In this document: piece after piece, positions 52,282 through 64,000 of the stretch | Numbering within the stretch: the first letter of the stretch is position 1 | Layout of the letters: each line of letters begins with the position of its first letter | NCBI RefSeq assembly: GCF_964213995.1 | Contig: NW_027590175.1 | Span: 744,001 to 808,000 of the forward strand | Reading direction: 5' to 3' | DNA: 64,000 nucleotides | DNA from: Mustelus asterias | Lineage: Eukaryota | Translations under genes and position numbers: made by a program | Notes under the pieces: model-generated | The model's input: only the letters and a program-made list of their open reading frames with translations | The model's database searches: none | What the model was told of the DNA's origin: nothing

Positions 52282-52673
52282 ATCCAAATCCGCGGGAACC
52301 GTTCGTCTCTGTCCTCCTGCCCTCGGCAGAAGAAGTCTCCGCTCAGAGATTCGTCTCCCTCAGCTGCTTAGTGAGACGTTTCTCCCCTCGAGAGATCTTC
52401 GTCAAGTGGACCGTCAACGACAAGCCGGTGAATCCTGGGAACTATAAGAACACCGAGGTGGTCGCGGAGAGCGGGAATAGCTCCTTCTTCATGTACAGCC
52501 TGTTATCCATTGCAGCAGAGGAATGGTCCAGCGGCGCTTCTTACTCCTGTGTGGTGGGACATGAAGCCATCCCCTTGAAGATCATCAACAGAACAGTTGA
52601 CAAATCCAGCGGTAAACCCAGTTTTGTGAACATTTCCCTTGCACTGATGGACACCGTTAATTCATGTCAATGA
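52282..52673 (+). CDS. IGHM: IgM Cmu4 exon with secretory tailpiece
   Basis: gcag|(D)PNPREP...SLSCLV...[11 protein letters not shown]...[24 protein letters not shown]; internal membrane-form donor G|GTAAA after 52611; N-glycosylation site and penultimate Cys. Confidence 0.98.
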
Positions 52674-52700
52674 GAATCACTCGGTTACATTAAAAACTTC

Positions 52701-52715
52701 AATAAAAATAATAAA
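52701..52715 (+). terminator. Secretory-form polyadenylation signals
   Basis: AATAAA at 52701 and 52710. Confidence 0.85.
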
Positions 52716-53809
52716 ATCATTTTCCTCTAACGACAAATGAAATATCCAAACGCTTAATTGATTGGTTTTCAATTTTACTTCCACTATGTATCTTTGGTTT
52801 GAGTCAGGTATTTTCACGTCTCGGGCCCAAGCCTTGTTGAACCAGTGCACCTAGCTCAGATACACCCTGTGTTAGAGACAGAGTAGAGCACATTCATTAC
52901 AGGATTCTGCAAAATATCTTCACCGACTTTCCTCCCTGAGGAAAACTCCGACAATTTCAACATTTCTGACAAACAAACACAACATTTAGATCTCGGTGTT
53001 CCTGCTTCTCTCGTTGTCCATGCCTTTACGCATTGATGTCATATTTAAGCTGCTGCACCACACCCACTGGGAACTGAAGTGAGGGTCACACAGAAACATG
53101 GAGCAACAATCCCCCCATCAGAGAGAGGGAGAATGAAATTGTGAACATACCGGATTCCTACTCACTCAACAAAGAGAGGGGAGGAGCAGTAGCTAACCCA
53201 TGTACCATCACTTCCTCAATGAAAAGAGGAGGAATGGCATTATTTAACCCACTCACCACCACCTCCTCAGTGGTTAGAACCATCAGGGACATTGCTTCAC
53301 CAGGTAGAGAGAAGGAAACTATGAGCTCACGCTCCTCACTCTCCCCAAGTAGCGTGTTTGGAAGGGAACGGCTCTCTACTCTAAGGACTCAGTTGTCAAC
53401 AGTACAAATTAGCTTTCGGTTTACTTGCAGACTTTGAAGTATCATTATCATTGTCATGGAAGTATATAATACACATATACTTATATATATATACTTATAT
53501 ACATATATACTTATGCAACATAATTTAAAAATGTTTCAACACTCTTATTCCTGTTAATCATGTGCTGGCATTGATTTCCCATGATACAAATTTAAACAAA
53601 TAATAGAATCCTCCCCGGTTTTCACTGTTCTGTCACTGAGGTTTCTGAGATGCATCAATGAATTATTTCATTCGCTCTCCTGATATCACCATGCCACTCA
53701 CATAAAATAAATTTCTACAGCAAACACTGAAAATATGCTGCATTATTCATATTGTTTGGATCATGTTCAGTTCATGGTTGCCGGTGAAACTTGAAGCAAC
53801 AGTTAAAAA

Positions 53810-55260
53810 ATACACACACTGACAATACTGCACAAAAATGTCACAATTATAAATACACACAGAGGCGTACACATACACACACACACACACACACACAAGC
53901 ACACACAGACACATCGACACAAATGCACAAATACACGCACAAATACACATACTCACAAAATGCACACAAATGCAGAAAGGCACATGTAAATACACACACA
54001 AATGCATGCACATATACAGAAATACGGACAGGCGCATTCAAATGCAGACATAGAAGCACACATACACAGCACATACACATGCACAAAAACACACAGATAC
54101 ATGCATACACACAGATACACTTTCACACACCATAGGTACATGCAATACTTGCACAAACGAACACACATGCAGAGAAACAAGAATGCACACACAAATGCAC
54201 TCATGGACAACACAGGCACAAACAAAAATACACACACAAATACACACAGACACAAATACACCCACACAAAAATACACCCATACATAAATACATCCGTACA
54301 CAAATATACATAGGCACACACACACATTCTCTCTCTCTCTCTCCCCCCCCCCCCCCCCTTCACACACACACACACACACGGGTACATAGACTCGCGCTTG
54401 TACAAACAGGCACTAAAACAACAACAAATGTAGATAATCAAATGTGTACAAACGGACATATATACACATAAAACACACAAGTACATACACAGACACATAT
54501 GTGAGTAGGTACACAGACCCAAATACAAACACATACATGCAGAGACACAATACAGACAGATACACACGCATGCAGAGCTACATAAATACACAAGCAAATA
54601 CATGGACTCAAATAAGTACATATATATCAGCACACATTCACACTGACAGGAATATAGATATAAAGACGCACAATGTTATACACATTAACAAACATACATG
54701 GAAATATATACAAACAAATTAGCAGACTGCATATAGATGAACAGACTGCAAAACATTTACACGCAAACATGTAGACGCAAACATTAACATGCTCATACAG
54801 AACAGAACACCATAGCACACATTACTACACATCGAAACACAAACATACATGAACACACCGTTATAAAGAACTATCAAAATGTATATACATATACTGACCT
54901 GTTAACAGACATGCACACAGACACACGGAGAAACAGACGCACACAAAAAGGGAAACAAACATTACGAGTGATAGAAATTAACACATAGCAATAGGCATAA
55001 ACACATGTACACCCATTAAGAATGGCATTAATAAATATTCATAGACTTCACACAATAATAGAGTCATACATACACAATGACAGAAGAATAAAATACACAC
55101 ACAGATGCAGACACACAACTACACAAATCAACAACCATAGGCAAATGAACACGTACATTAACACTGTTGCACACATATTAACTCAGAGCCAAAGAATAAT
55201 GCAGACCAGGAGATGCTCATGCACACGTACACAAACGCAAGATCTTAAATACAAACGGTA
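53810..55260. repeat. (CA)-rich low-complexity tract in the Cmu4-TM intron
   Basis: Direct reading. Confidence 0.92.
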
Positions 55261-55807
55261 GGCAAATGATGAATGTAAAATTTAAAGGTGATTTTTTAAT
55301 GCACACATCCACAGATTAACTATCCCAATGTACAATGAACAGCCAAACACATTGAGAAGCTGAATTAAGCTCATGATCTATTTCCACCATAAAGAAGCAC
55401 AGATCGGAAATTACATCCCAACACTTAAACAACAACATTTACAGTTTATAGATCAGTAACCATCTGTGAAAACAATCATTGATCAGTGAACGTTCCTCGA
55501 TATCAGTCATAACATTCTTCAATCAGGGATAGTGGCAAATAGTTCAAAAATGAACTGATACTTAATTAAACATCTTCAGTGTTTTCTGACATGGACTGTC
55601 CAAAGAATGTCAATAAAGATCAGGTGTGAAAATAGTTACGGAGATCGGTTACTGAATGTCCTGAATTTAACAGTAGATATACATTGAAAATTAAATTCGA
55701 GATTAAATGAACAGCTTAAAAAGGAGAACGGGGAACATAAAAGTAACAATAAGATCACCTGGATAAATAAAGTAATCTAATTTCAGTTCCTGGTCTCCGT
55801 CCCCTAG

Positions 55808-55935
55808 ACTCCACCGACCGCATCTGGATTGACGACAATGAGGATGATAACAGCAACATCTGGACAACCGCTTCTACATTCATCGTGCTGTTCTTCCTGA
55901 GCATTTTCTACAGCACTGCGGTCACTCTGGTGAAG
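55808..55935 (+). CDS. IGHM: IgM TM1 exon
   Basis: cctag|(D)STDRIWIDDNEDDNSNIWTTASTFIVLFFLSIFYSTAVTLVK|gtgag; CART motif. Confidence 0.96.
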
Positions 55936-56075
55936 GTGAGATGATTCAATTCACTCACATTTCAAACTGGCAGAATGGATTTGAAAAAATTCTCAATGTT
56001 TCGCTGATTAAAAACTCTAACATTAATGTCCCGCATCATCAACATCTGCTTCATTATTGTATCTTTCTTTTACAG

Positions 56076-56084
56076 ATCAAATGA
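56076..56084 (+). CDS. IGHM: IgM TM2 exon coding part (IK*)
   Basis: ttctttttacag|ATC AAA TGA. Confidence 0.9.
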   Translation: MK

Positions 56085-56537
56085 TGAGTTGAATTTTGGA
56101 AGCTGCAGATTTCCCTCAGCTGATTATCAAGATCTCTGTATGGATCAAATGCAATATCTGCTCTCGGTGACTCTATCAGTAAAATTCTCTCAGTTTATCA
56201 TTCTGAATCTGTAACTGAGGCAATCATAGACGTTAATTCAGTTTTCAGTGTGAAATGTACGAGGCATTTTTTGTTATAATGTAATTGTGGTTAATAGTTT
56301 CCCCGTAGTTTAAAGATCATGTATAAATAAGAAACTTTTCTCACTCCTTATTCACATTTGATAATTCCTCTTTGTATTAAGGTCCTGTTTTCTCTTTCTG
56401 GTGTATGTAACAGATGTACAGATACTGACGGATTCCTTGTGCATCTGTTCTGTTCTCCATGTGAAGCTCAATCGTTATGTTCACTTTTCTAACTTTAAAA
56501 GAATAATGTTGCTGTAAAATATTCTCTCAATTTTTAA

Positions 56538-56543
56538 AATAAA
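56538..56543 (+). terminator. Candidate membrane-form polyadenylation signal
   Basis: AATAAA ~450 nt after the TM2 stop. Confidence 0.6.
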
Positions 56544-57539
56544 TATTGAATGAAATTTTAACCATCTCTGGCTTGGCTTAATTCCGTTCTCCAAAACACA
56601 TCAACTCCACCCCATTGTCCCTATTATACGGTTTCCCCTCTTTCCCAGATAGGGATTTTCCCCAGTCATATGTGGGATGTGGTTGAACTCAATCCCCTTT
56701 CGTGAAAGAATCACTGCGCCACCCAGTGACGCACACGTGTAAATACACCGTCATGTCTGCCTTTTTATGATAAAATCCAGATACAGAATGAATGAATAAT
56801 GAGGAGAACCGCGGTGATTTCACGCATAAACTGGTCTGTCACTGACGAGTTTCAGGTAATTCTAAACAGCAAAAGGCTCCTTCATTAGAGGCCGATGCAG
56901 GACAGCATGTGGCAGAAGATAGTTTCCTATACACTGTCCCTTAAAAACTCTATCAGTGTCGCTGCAGCGTGGGTTAACAGAGTGTATCTCTCTATATATC
57001 GTCCGATGAAATACTTCCCAGGCAGGCAAACCACAAGCTAGATAGAGAACACATACAGAACAGATGTGCAAACCATGGGGTGAATCCAAGAGACTGATGT
57101 GTATTTCACATAAGCACATCATCGATTGCAAATTTCCGAATTATGACTCGTGTTGTGGGATAATTTGAGATGACCAATACTGTCGTTAACTACAGACAAT
57201 ATAAAACTCACGAGGCAGGTATCTCTGTGTGAGGAGGTCAAAATGAACATTCCCACCGGCTCATTTCCAAAACTGGATAGACACGTGATCCTGAGTCCCA
57301 GTACGATCTATTCTATGTCTAAACATTGAATGGTCCCATTCATAAAGTTGCAAAATGCGTTCCCTCGCCAGAAACTTTTAGATATTAATTCTGCAACTAC
57401 TAAGGTTCCCAGGCCATTGGCTCTCAACTCTTCGATTTATCATCATACCGTACAGTGACTTGCTTTTGGTTGAAATGAACAATAATTCATTCAATACATA
57501 AATTACATTTAAAATATGAGCATATATGTTTTATAATGG

Positions 57540-57935
57540 TCGGCTTATGATGAAAGTAAGGAGGTGTGGGATAGAGGGAAAGTTGGCCGATTGGATAGGT
57601 AACTGGCTATCTGATCGAAGACAGAGGGTGGTGGTGGATGGAAAATTTTCGGACTGGAGGCAGGTTGCTAGCGGAGTGCCACAGGGATCAGTGCTTGGTC
57701 CTCTGCTCTTTGTGATTTTTATTAATGACTTAGAGGAGGGGGCTGAAGGGTGGATCAGTAAATTTGCTGATGACACCAAGATTGGTGGAGTAGTGGATGA
57801 GGTGGAGGGCTGCAAAGATACGTAGATAGGATGCAAAGCTTGGCTGCAAAATGGCAAATGGAGTTTAACCCTGATAAATGTGAGGTGATTCATTTTGGTA
57901 GGTCTAATTTAAATGTGGATTACAGGGTCAAAGGC
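57540..57935 (+). mobile_element. CR1 RT internal fragment
   Basis: [13 protein letters not shown]...FADDTK. Confidence 0.9.
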
Positions 57936-58667
57936 CTTTCCATCCACCTCCATCTCACCATGTTCTTCCACAGGTTGTAGATGATATGAGCATCTCCTGG
58001 GGATTCTGGTCTGGTCCTTTGTATTTTCCGACATTCCTGAATCTGAGATCTTTTCATTCTAATGTCCTGGAGTTCAGCCCTGAGATTTGAGTTGCTGACC
58101 TGTCATATCAACTTCAGCGAGAGAAGGATGAACGGCCAGCATGCGAGTTCAGAAGACCTTCTCTGAATGGTTCCAGTTGAAAATTAAAGTTTCTTTCTGC
58201 TCGAATCTCTATTACTCATCGTGTCTGCCGCCCCACGCAGCCAAGGGCCGACCCTCCCTCTCTCTTTTACTTTTACCTTCAGTGGTCTGACTCCCCATCT
58301 CAATGTACTTTTCCCAAGATCGGGAGGTCTCACGTTGGTCAGGGCGACCGTTTCTTTTCTAACGCATGCTCTACTGAATCTGGGATTGAGTGATTGGATA
58401 ATGTAGAGGGAGATTTGTATTGCATCACACCTATACCATACCTGTCCTATAATGTGACACCAGATTGTAGAGAGAGATTTTAATTCTACCTGTGCTTAAC
58501 CTTTGGACTTAATAACATGCTTTGCTGATAACCAGTAAACACACACACACCACACACACATACATTTTAGGTGTTATGAGTCTTTGCTGGTTGGGGCGAT
58601 GAAAAGATTCTATTCATAACAAATTATTAATACAACTTTATGAAAGATGGAAGTATTCATATAAGAA

Positions 58668-59100
58668 CAAACAACAAAGAACAATACAGCACACGAACAG
58701 GCCCTTCGGCCCTCCAAGCCCGCGCCGCTCCCTGGTCCAAACTAGACCATTCTTTTGTATCCCTCCATTCCCCCTCCGTTCATGTGGCTATCCGGATAAG
58801 TCTTAAACGCTCCCAGTGTGTCCGCCTCCACCACCTTGCCCGGCAGCGCATTCCAGGCCCCCACCACCCTCTGTGTAAAATACGTCACTTCGCATTTATC
58901 TGGATTGAACTCCATCTGCCATTTCTTTGCCCAAATTTCCAGCCTATCTATATCCTTCTGTAGCCTCTGACAATGTTTCTCACTATCTGCAAGTCCAGCC
59001 ATTTTCGTGTCGTCCGCAAACTTACTGATCACCCCAGTTACACCTTCTTCTAGATCGTTTATATAAATGACAAACAGCAGAGGTCCCAATACAGAGCCCT
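58668..59100 (-). mobile_element. CR1 fragment with internal deletion and 3' tail
   Basis: FADDTK...DKCEV joined to FTQRVVGAWNALP. Confidence 0.88.
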
Positions 59101-59578
59101 ATATGAATAAAAGAAACACGCATTATGACACTGAATACCAGCAACCTGAAACCATTAATCGCAGACATTATGCAAATAAGCAACAGTTCCAAATGGGAGA
59201 AGAAAGGATAAGAAGAGAGCAGTAATAATAAACCAGCATTAATAATCATTCTATAAAATATCATGTCGCAATATTTGCATAGAAAGGAAGAGGCTTTCGA
59301 CTGGATTCCACTGGATGGCGCTCCAGGACTTTAGATGTGGCCAAAAATATCCGATAGCATCAGTTTATTGGTACCACAGGTGACAGTTGGGATTGCAGGA
59401 AATATCGTTGCCTGGAGGCAAAACTTCATACGACAGAGCATTTAAAGGAGGAGCTTTTTTCCAAATTGCAGGCTTTATGATAAAGGAGATTTAGACAGTG
59501 AACCTTCTTGTATTCATTCGTGTATTCAAAGTTCAAAGGATTTGATCAAACATGAGTTCATTCTTATTGTCAAGTCTC

Positions 59579-59609
<31 letters not shown>

Positions 59610-59706
59610 AGGGGGTGGATGGTAAATCATCAGCTCGTTACACCAGCTGACACTCCAAGGAGTTCATCTTCAGATGCAGACGTTTGTTCAGCTATTAATT
59701 AAACTC

Positions 59707-59822
59707 AGATGTGGAGATGCCGGCGTTGGATTGGGGTAAGCACCGTAAGAAGTCTCACAACATCAGGATTTGCTACCAAATAAACCTGTTGGACTTCAAC
59801 CTGGTTTTGTGAGACTTCTTAC
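59707..59822. mobile_element. Penelope-like short fold-back repeat (related copy at 48314-48437)
   Basis: gatgtggagatgccggcgttgga...gtaagaagtctcacaa / ttgtgagacttcttac inverted arms. Confidence 0.6.
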
Positions 59823-59997
59823 ATTGATGAAACTCAGGACAGAGCTAGCTACTGTATTAGTTATTTTTATTTTATACCTTGGTGCTTTGGCTTCAGTCAT
59901 AATTGAATCAGAAAACATGATTTTTTTTAATGCAAGAACATACTTCAATGGTGGCTATCTTACCCAGCATTCACAGTGAATCAGAATATGATCTTTA

Positions 59998-60350
59998 GGG
60001 GCGGCACGGTAGCGCAGTGGTTAGCACTGCTGCTTCACAGCTCCAGGGTCCCGGGTTCGATTCCCGGCTCGGGTCACTGTCTGTGTGGAGTTTGCACATT
60101 CTTCTCGTGTCTGCGTGGGTTTCCTCCGGGTGCTCCGGTTTCCTCCCACAGTCCAAAGATGTGCGGGTTAGGTTGATTGGCCAGGTTAAAAATTGCCCCT
60201 TAGAATCCTAAAATGCATAGGTTAGAGGGATTAGCGGGTAAATATGTGGGGGTAGGGCCTGGGTGGGATTGTGGTCGGTGCAGACTCGATGGGCCGAATG
60301 GCCTCCTTCTGCACTGTAGGGTTTCTATGATTCTATGATTCTATGATCTA
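59998..60350 (+). mobile_element. Young full-length HE1-like SINE
   Basis: A/B boxes, (ttctatga)n tail. Confidence 0.93.
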
Positions 60351-60364
60351 TCCTTACAACAGAC

Positions 60365-60990
60365 TTTGCGCATGCGTACTGCAGATCTAAAGTGCATGCG
60401 CAGTGGATGTTGCTGCTGCAGCAGCAGCAAAGGGGTTATATCGGCTCCGCGTTTCCAGGGAAACGGCTTATACTGGAGGGTAATGGAGGCGGCGGGGTGG
60501 GTGGAGAGGCTTCATAAGCACCCAGTGGAGACAGGAGAACCCGAATAATAACTGCTCAGTGCCGCGTTCCTACCATTCGAGGCCGCGACCGCAGATGCCG
60601 AGTTGGAGGCCCCGAGTTGACGGAGGCCATCTTTCTCGGGGCGATGGACAATAGTGCGCATGCGCGGTGCTCCCTGCCAGCAGGAGGAGAGAATGTTGTG
60701 AATGTCTCTCCGGGACCGGGGTTGACAGTGATGGACTTTGGAAACTCCTTTTACAGGGAGTTCGAAGGGGAGGATTTACACACAGAAAACTCAACCCAAG
60801 AGAAATGTTTCTCACTTAATTTCTATTCTTGACTGACAGTCATGATCTTTTTTTACAGGAAATTTGATGACAAAATTTGAAGGGAAACTCAAACCAGACA
60901 TCAGATCAAAACCTGACAGTCACTCCATTCATCAGAACCTGATTGTAAGTGTGTCTGTAGAAAAAGATTCAAACATCTGTGTGACTGGAA
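60365..60990 (+). promoter_or_regulatory. CpG-rich promoter-like island with NRF1-type motifs, followed by a relic of a shark C2H2 zinc-finger-gene 5' exon
   Basis: tgcgcatgcgta (60367), tgcatgcgca (60393), tgcgcatgcgcg (60655); ttttacag acceptors followed by EGEDLHTENS-like sequence; family assignment from recall. Confidence 0.45.
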
Positions 60991-61081
60991 ATAGGGAACG
61001 ATAATGTCATGGAAGGATTTGCAAAAAAAGATGCAATGTTTTAAATTGAGTTGTTTAACCAGGAGCCTGTGTGGGTCAGTG

Positions 61082-61335
61082 TTTTAAAGTTTATTTATTA
61101 GTGTCACAAGTAGGCTTAGCCTACATTAACACTGCAAGTTGCTGTAAAATTCCCCTAGTTGCCACACTCCGGCACTTGTTCGGGTCAATGCACCTCACCA
61201 GCAAGCCTTTCTGACTGTGGGAGGAAACCCATGCAGACATGGGGAGAACGTGCAGACTCCACACACACAGTCACCCAAGCCATGAATTGAACCCACTGTG
61301 AGGCAGCAGTGCTAACCACTGCAGTCCCATGGTGA
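61082..61335 (-). mobile_element. tRNA-derived SINE
   Basis: Reverse complement of the 18633-type SINE. Confidence 0.75.
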
Positions 61336-61639
61336 GGACATGGTGATGGGTGAGTGTGTGGGACTTGATGCAGAGGACAGGGGTTTATTTCCACCAAAGT
61401 TTTTCATGGGTTAAATGAGGGACGCTGACAGTCAAGTCTAAAGAAAATAAAGGAATGAATGAAAGTTCTAGAAACCTCAGCTGAGACAGGGATTTAGCGA
61501 AACTCAAGTTGGTAATGAATAGATGAGGCTGTCCGGTCAAGTCAAGAGGGAATGCATGAAATTTTCAGAAACAGCACTAATATTCTGATGCAGCGAATGG
61601 TAATGACCTGAAACTCTATGTTCTAAAAAACTGATTTTC

Positions 61640-62730
61640 CACTCACAAAGCCATGCTGTCCCTAATCAGTCCTTGCGTCTCTAAATGCCTGTCGATCCTG
61701 TCTCTCAAAATACCTTTGAGCAACTTAGCCACTACAGATGTGAGGCTCACCCACTGGCCTCTAGTTCCCAGGCTTTTCCCTGCAGCCCTTCTTAAACAAA
61801 GGCACAACATTTGCCACCCTCCAATCTTCAGGCACCTCACCTGTGACTATCGATGATTCAAATATCTCTGCTAGGGGACCCACGATTTCCACCCTAGCCT
61901 CCCACAATGTCCTGGGATACACTTCATCGGGTCCCGGGGATTTATCTCCCTTGATGCACTTTACGACTTCCAGCACCTCCTTCTTTAGTTACATGTGCAC
62001 TCCTCAAGACATCACTATTCATTTCCCCAAGTTCCCTAACATCCATGCTTTTCTCAACAACGGATTTCTCAAAGGATTGTGAATGAAGCCCAGTCCATTG
62101 CGCAAACCTGCCTCCCATCCATTGACTCTGTGTACACATCCAGCTGCCTCGGAAAAGCAGCCAGCATAATCAACCCTCACACCCTGGACATTCACACTTC
62201 CACCTTTTTCCATTGGGGAAATGAAACAGAAGTCTGAGCTCACGTACCAACCAACTCAAGAACAGCTTCTTCCCTGTTGCCGTCAGACTTTTGAATGGAC
62301 CTACCTCGCACTAAGTTGATCTTTCTGTCCACCTGAGCTATGACTGTAACACTACATCCTGCACCCTCTCCTTTCCTTCTCTATGAACTGTATGCTTTGT
62401 CTTGATAGTGTGCAAGAAACAATTCTTTTCACTGTATACTAGTACATATGATAATAATAAATCAAATCAAGTGCATCCTTGGATCTTGTGGGAGTTTGGG
62501 GAACTTGGGGATGAAATTGCAGAGGGCCTTGCAGAGGCATTTGCTTCATCCCTTTCCACTGGCAAAGTTCTGGAAGACTAGAGTGTGGCTAATGTTGTTC
62601 CGTTGTTTAAGAAGGGCAGCAAAGAGAAGCCTGGTAATTACAGGCCGATGAGCCTGACAACAGTGGCGGGTAAGTTACTGGAGAGGATTCTGGCCAACCT
62701 TTGGATAATCAAGATCCGGTTAGGGAGAGT
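61640..62730. mobile_element. CR1 RT fragments (- strand 61640-62060, + strand 62470-62730) around a Rex1/Babar-like 3' end (+ strand 62083-62470)
   Basis: KSPGPDEVYPR, WRVANVVPLFKKG; caaccaactcaagaacagcttcttccc. Confidence 0.75.
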
Positions 62731-63334
62731 TGTCAGAGATCCTGGGTACCAGTACCTTTAGGCATTCTTAGTCGACTTGAGTACAAACAGCACTGGACAC
62801 CACGCATAATCCAATGTGGGGCCTTTAATAACTTGTGCACAAGGAGAAACCCTGTGCAGCTGTCCCGCAAGTGGTTCTGATGTTACAGAAAAATAACTTG
62901 GCAATAATAGTCAATTACAGCAAATCAGAAACCAGGAATGTTTCTAATCCTTCATTGATGGACACGTTCGCCAATTAAATCCTCGCTTTTCACCCTTTCG
63001 CATTCAAAATTGACTTCTGCTAATCTTTTATTTGCATAGCATATCCCCATATCTCACCTTTGGTATTTATTATGGAGAAATCTGGTCTTGCTCACCCTCT
63101 GGTGAAGGCCGAAAAGCAGAATGTTATGGGGCCTACGCAGGTGAAGATTAGCCTGTTCATGCTGAACTAGCAGACACTGACTCCTTTGAAGGTCTGCAAG
63201 CCGATAAACATTTTCACGAGCTGTTAAAGAGAAGGCAGGAAACTTTAATCTGAGCATTTCCACATAGTCAGCACTGCTCCGTGCATGTGTGAGAGTGGGC
63301 CAAGGCTGAGGCAGCTGTCCTATATATATTTATA

Positions 63335-63517
63335 GAGAGAGAATAGACTAACATTTTGAGTCTGGATGACCCTTTGTCAGAACTCTGATGAAGGGTCATC
63401 CAGACTTTAAATGTTGGCTCTACTCTCTCTCCACAGATGCTGTCAGACCTGCTGACATTTTCCAGCACTTTCTGTTTTTGTTTCAGATTCCAGCATCCGC
63501 AATATTTTGCCTTTATA
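63335..63517. mobile_element. Penelope-like palindromic element
   Basis: ~46-bp inverted arms centred at ~63382 (gagtctggatgaccctttgtcag/ctgatgaagggtcatccagact). Confidence 0.75.
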
Positions 63518-64000
63518 TGTATTTATAGATCCAAATGTGCTGTGTTAACAAAATGGACAGTTGCTAACCGTAATATAAAGCATCATGGGATTTAGCTGAC
63601 TTGACCATATTCCTATAGTTATTCAGTCATTAAAGACACAGTCATGGAGCATTAAACTTGCCTCGCAGGGCCCCTTGTATCAGCACACAGGCAGCTGCTT
63701 TGTGAGACTGCGAGCAGCACAGACAAGTCAGAGATAAGAGTGTCTTGAGAAAAGAGATTCATTGTGAAGGCTCAAAAACAGTTGATATGATGTAAGAATT
63801 CTATGATTCTAATGAACATTCTTTCCTCTCTCATTCCCCAAAAGCTGTAAATCTCCATCCCACACACTCTCCCTCCATTCTCACTCTGCTGTATCTAATA
63901 TTCACCCTCCCAATTCTCCTGAAGGTGCTGATTGAGGCTGATTGACAGATCCATGCTCACTGCTTCCTGTCCACCACACACAAATCATAAGAAACAGGAG

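Noticed and set aside
53747-54818. Cys/Val- and His/Thr-rich ORFs
   Set aside because: (CA)n-derived artefacts
36967-56084. IgW or IgNAR identity
   Set aside because: Four C domains with a light-chain-binding Cys in CH1, a mu-type tailpiece and a conventional VH FR2 indicate IgM
57940-58335. Coding-like minus-strand stretch
   Set aside because: Multiple stops in the frames I read and no family I can recognise

Overview
Eukaryotic DNA from a cartilaginous fish (shark). The evidence is HE1-type SINEs, shark CR1 LINEs and a cluster-type IgH locus. The core feature is one apparently intact IgM heavy-chain cluster on the + strand. It runs leader (36967), VH with 23-RSS, 12-RSS/D1/22-RSS, then a 12-RSS followed by a D2 already fused to JH. 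After a 10.6 kb intron come Cmu1-Cmu4 with secretory tailpiece, TM1 and TM2 (ending 56084). The 36 kb upstream is a nested segmental duplication carrying two leaderless, RSS-less VH pseudogenes. On the - strand, head-to-head with each VH, lies a heavily decayed, TE-interrupted coding relic. Its peptides are collinear with a rhabdovirus-like (Mononegavirales) L polymerase from the N-terminus to motif C, and a gene-junction-like signal sits in front of it. This is a probable endogenous viral element co-amplified with the VH gene. The viral call rests on my recall of vesiculovirus L and needs a profile search. The rest is CR1, Rex1 and Penelope-like elements, SINEs and low-complexity tracts. TE and relic boundaries are approximate; Ig exon and RSS coordinates were counted directly.
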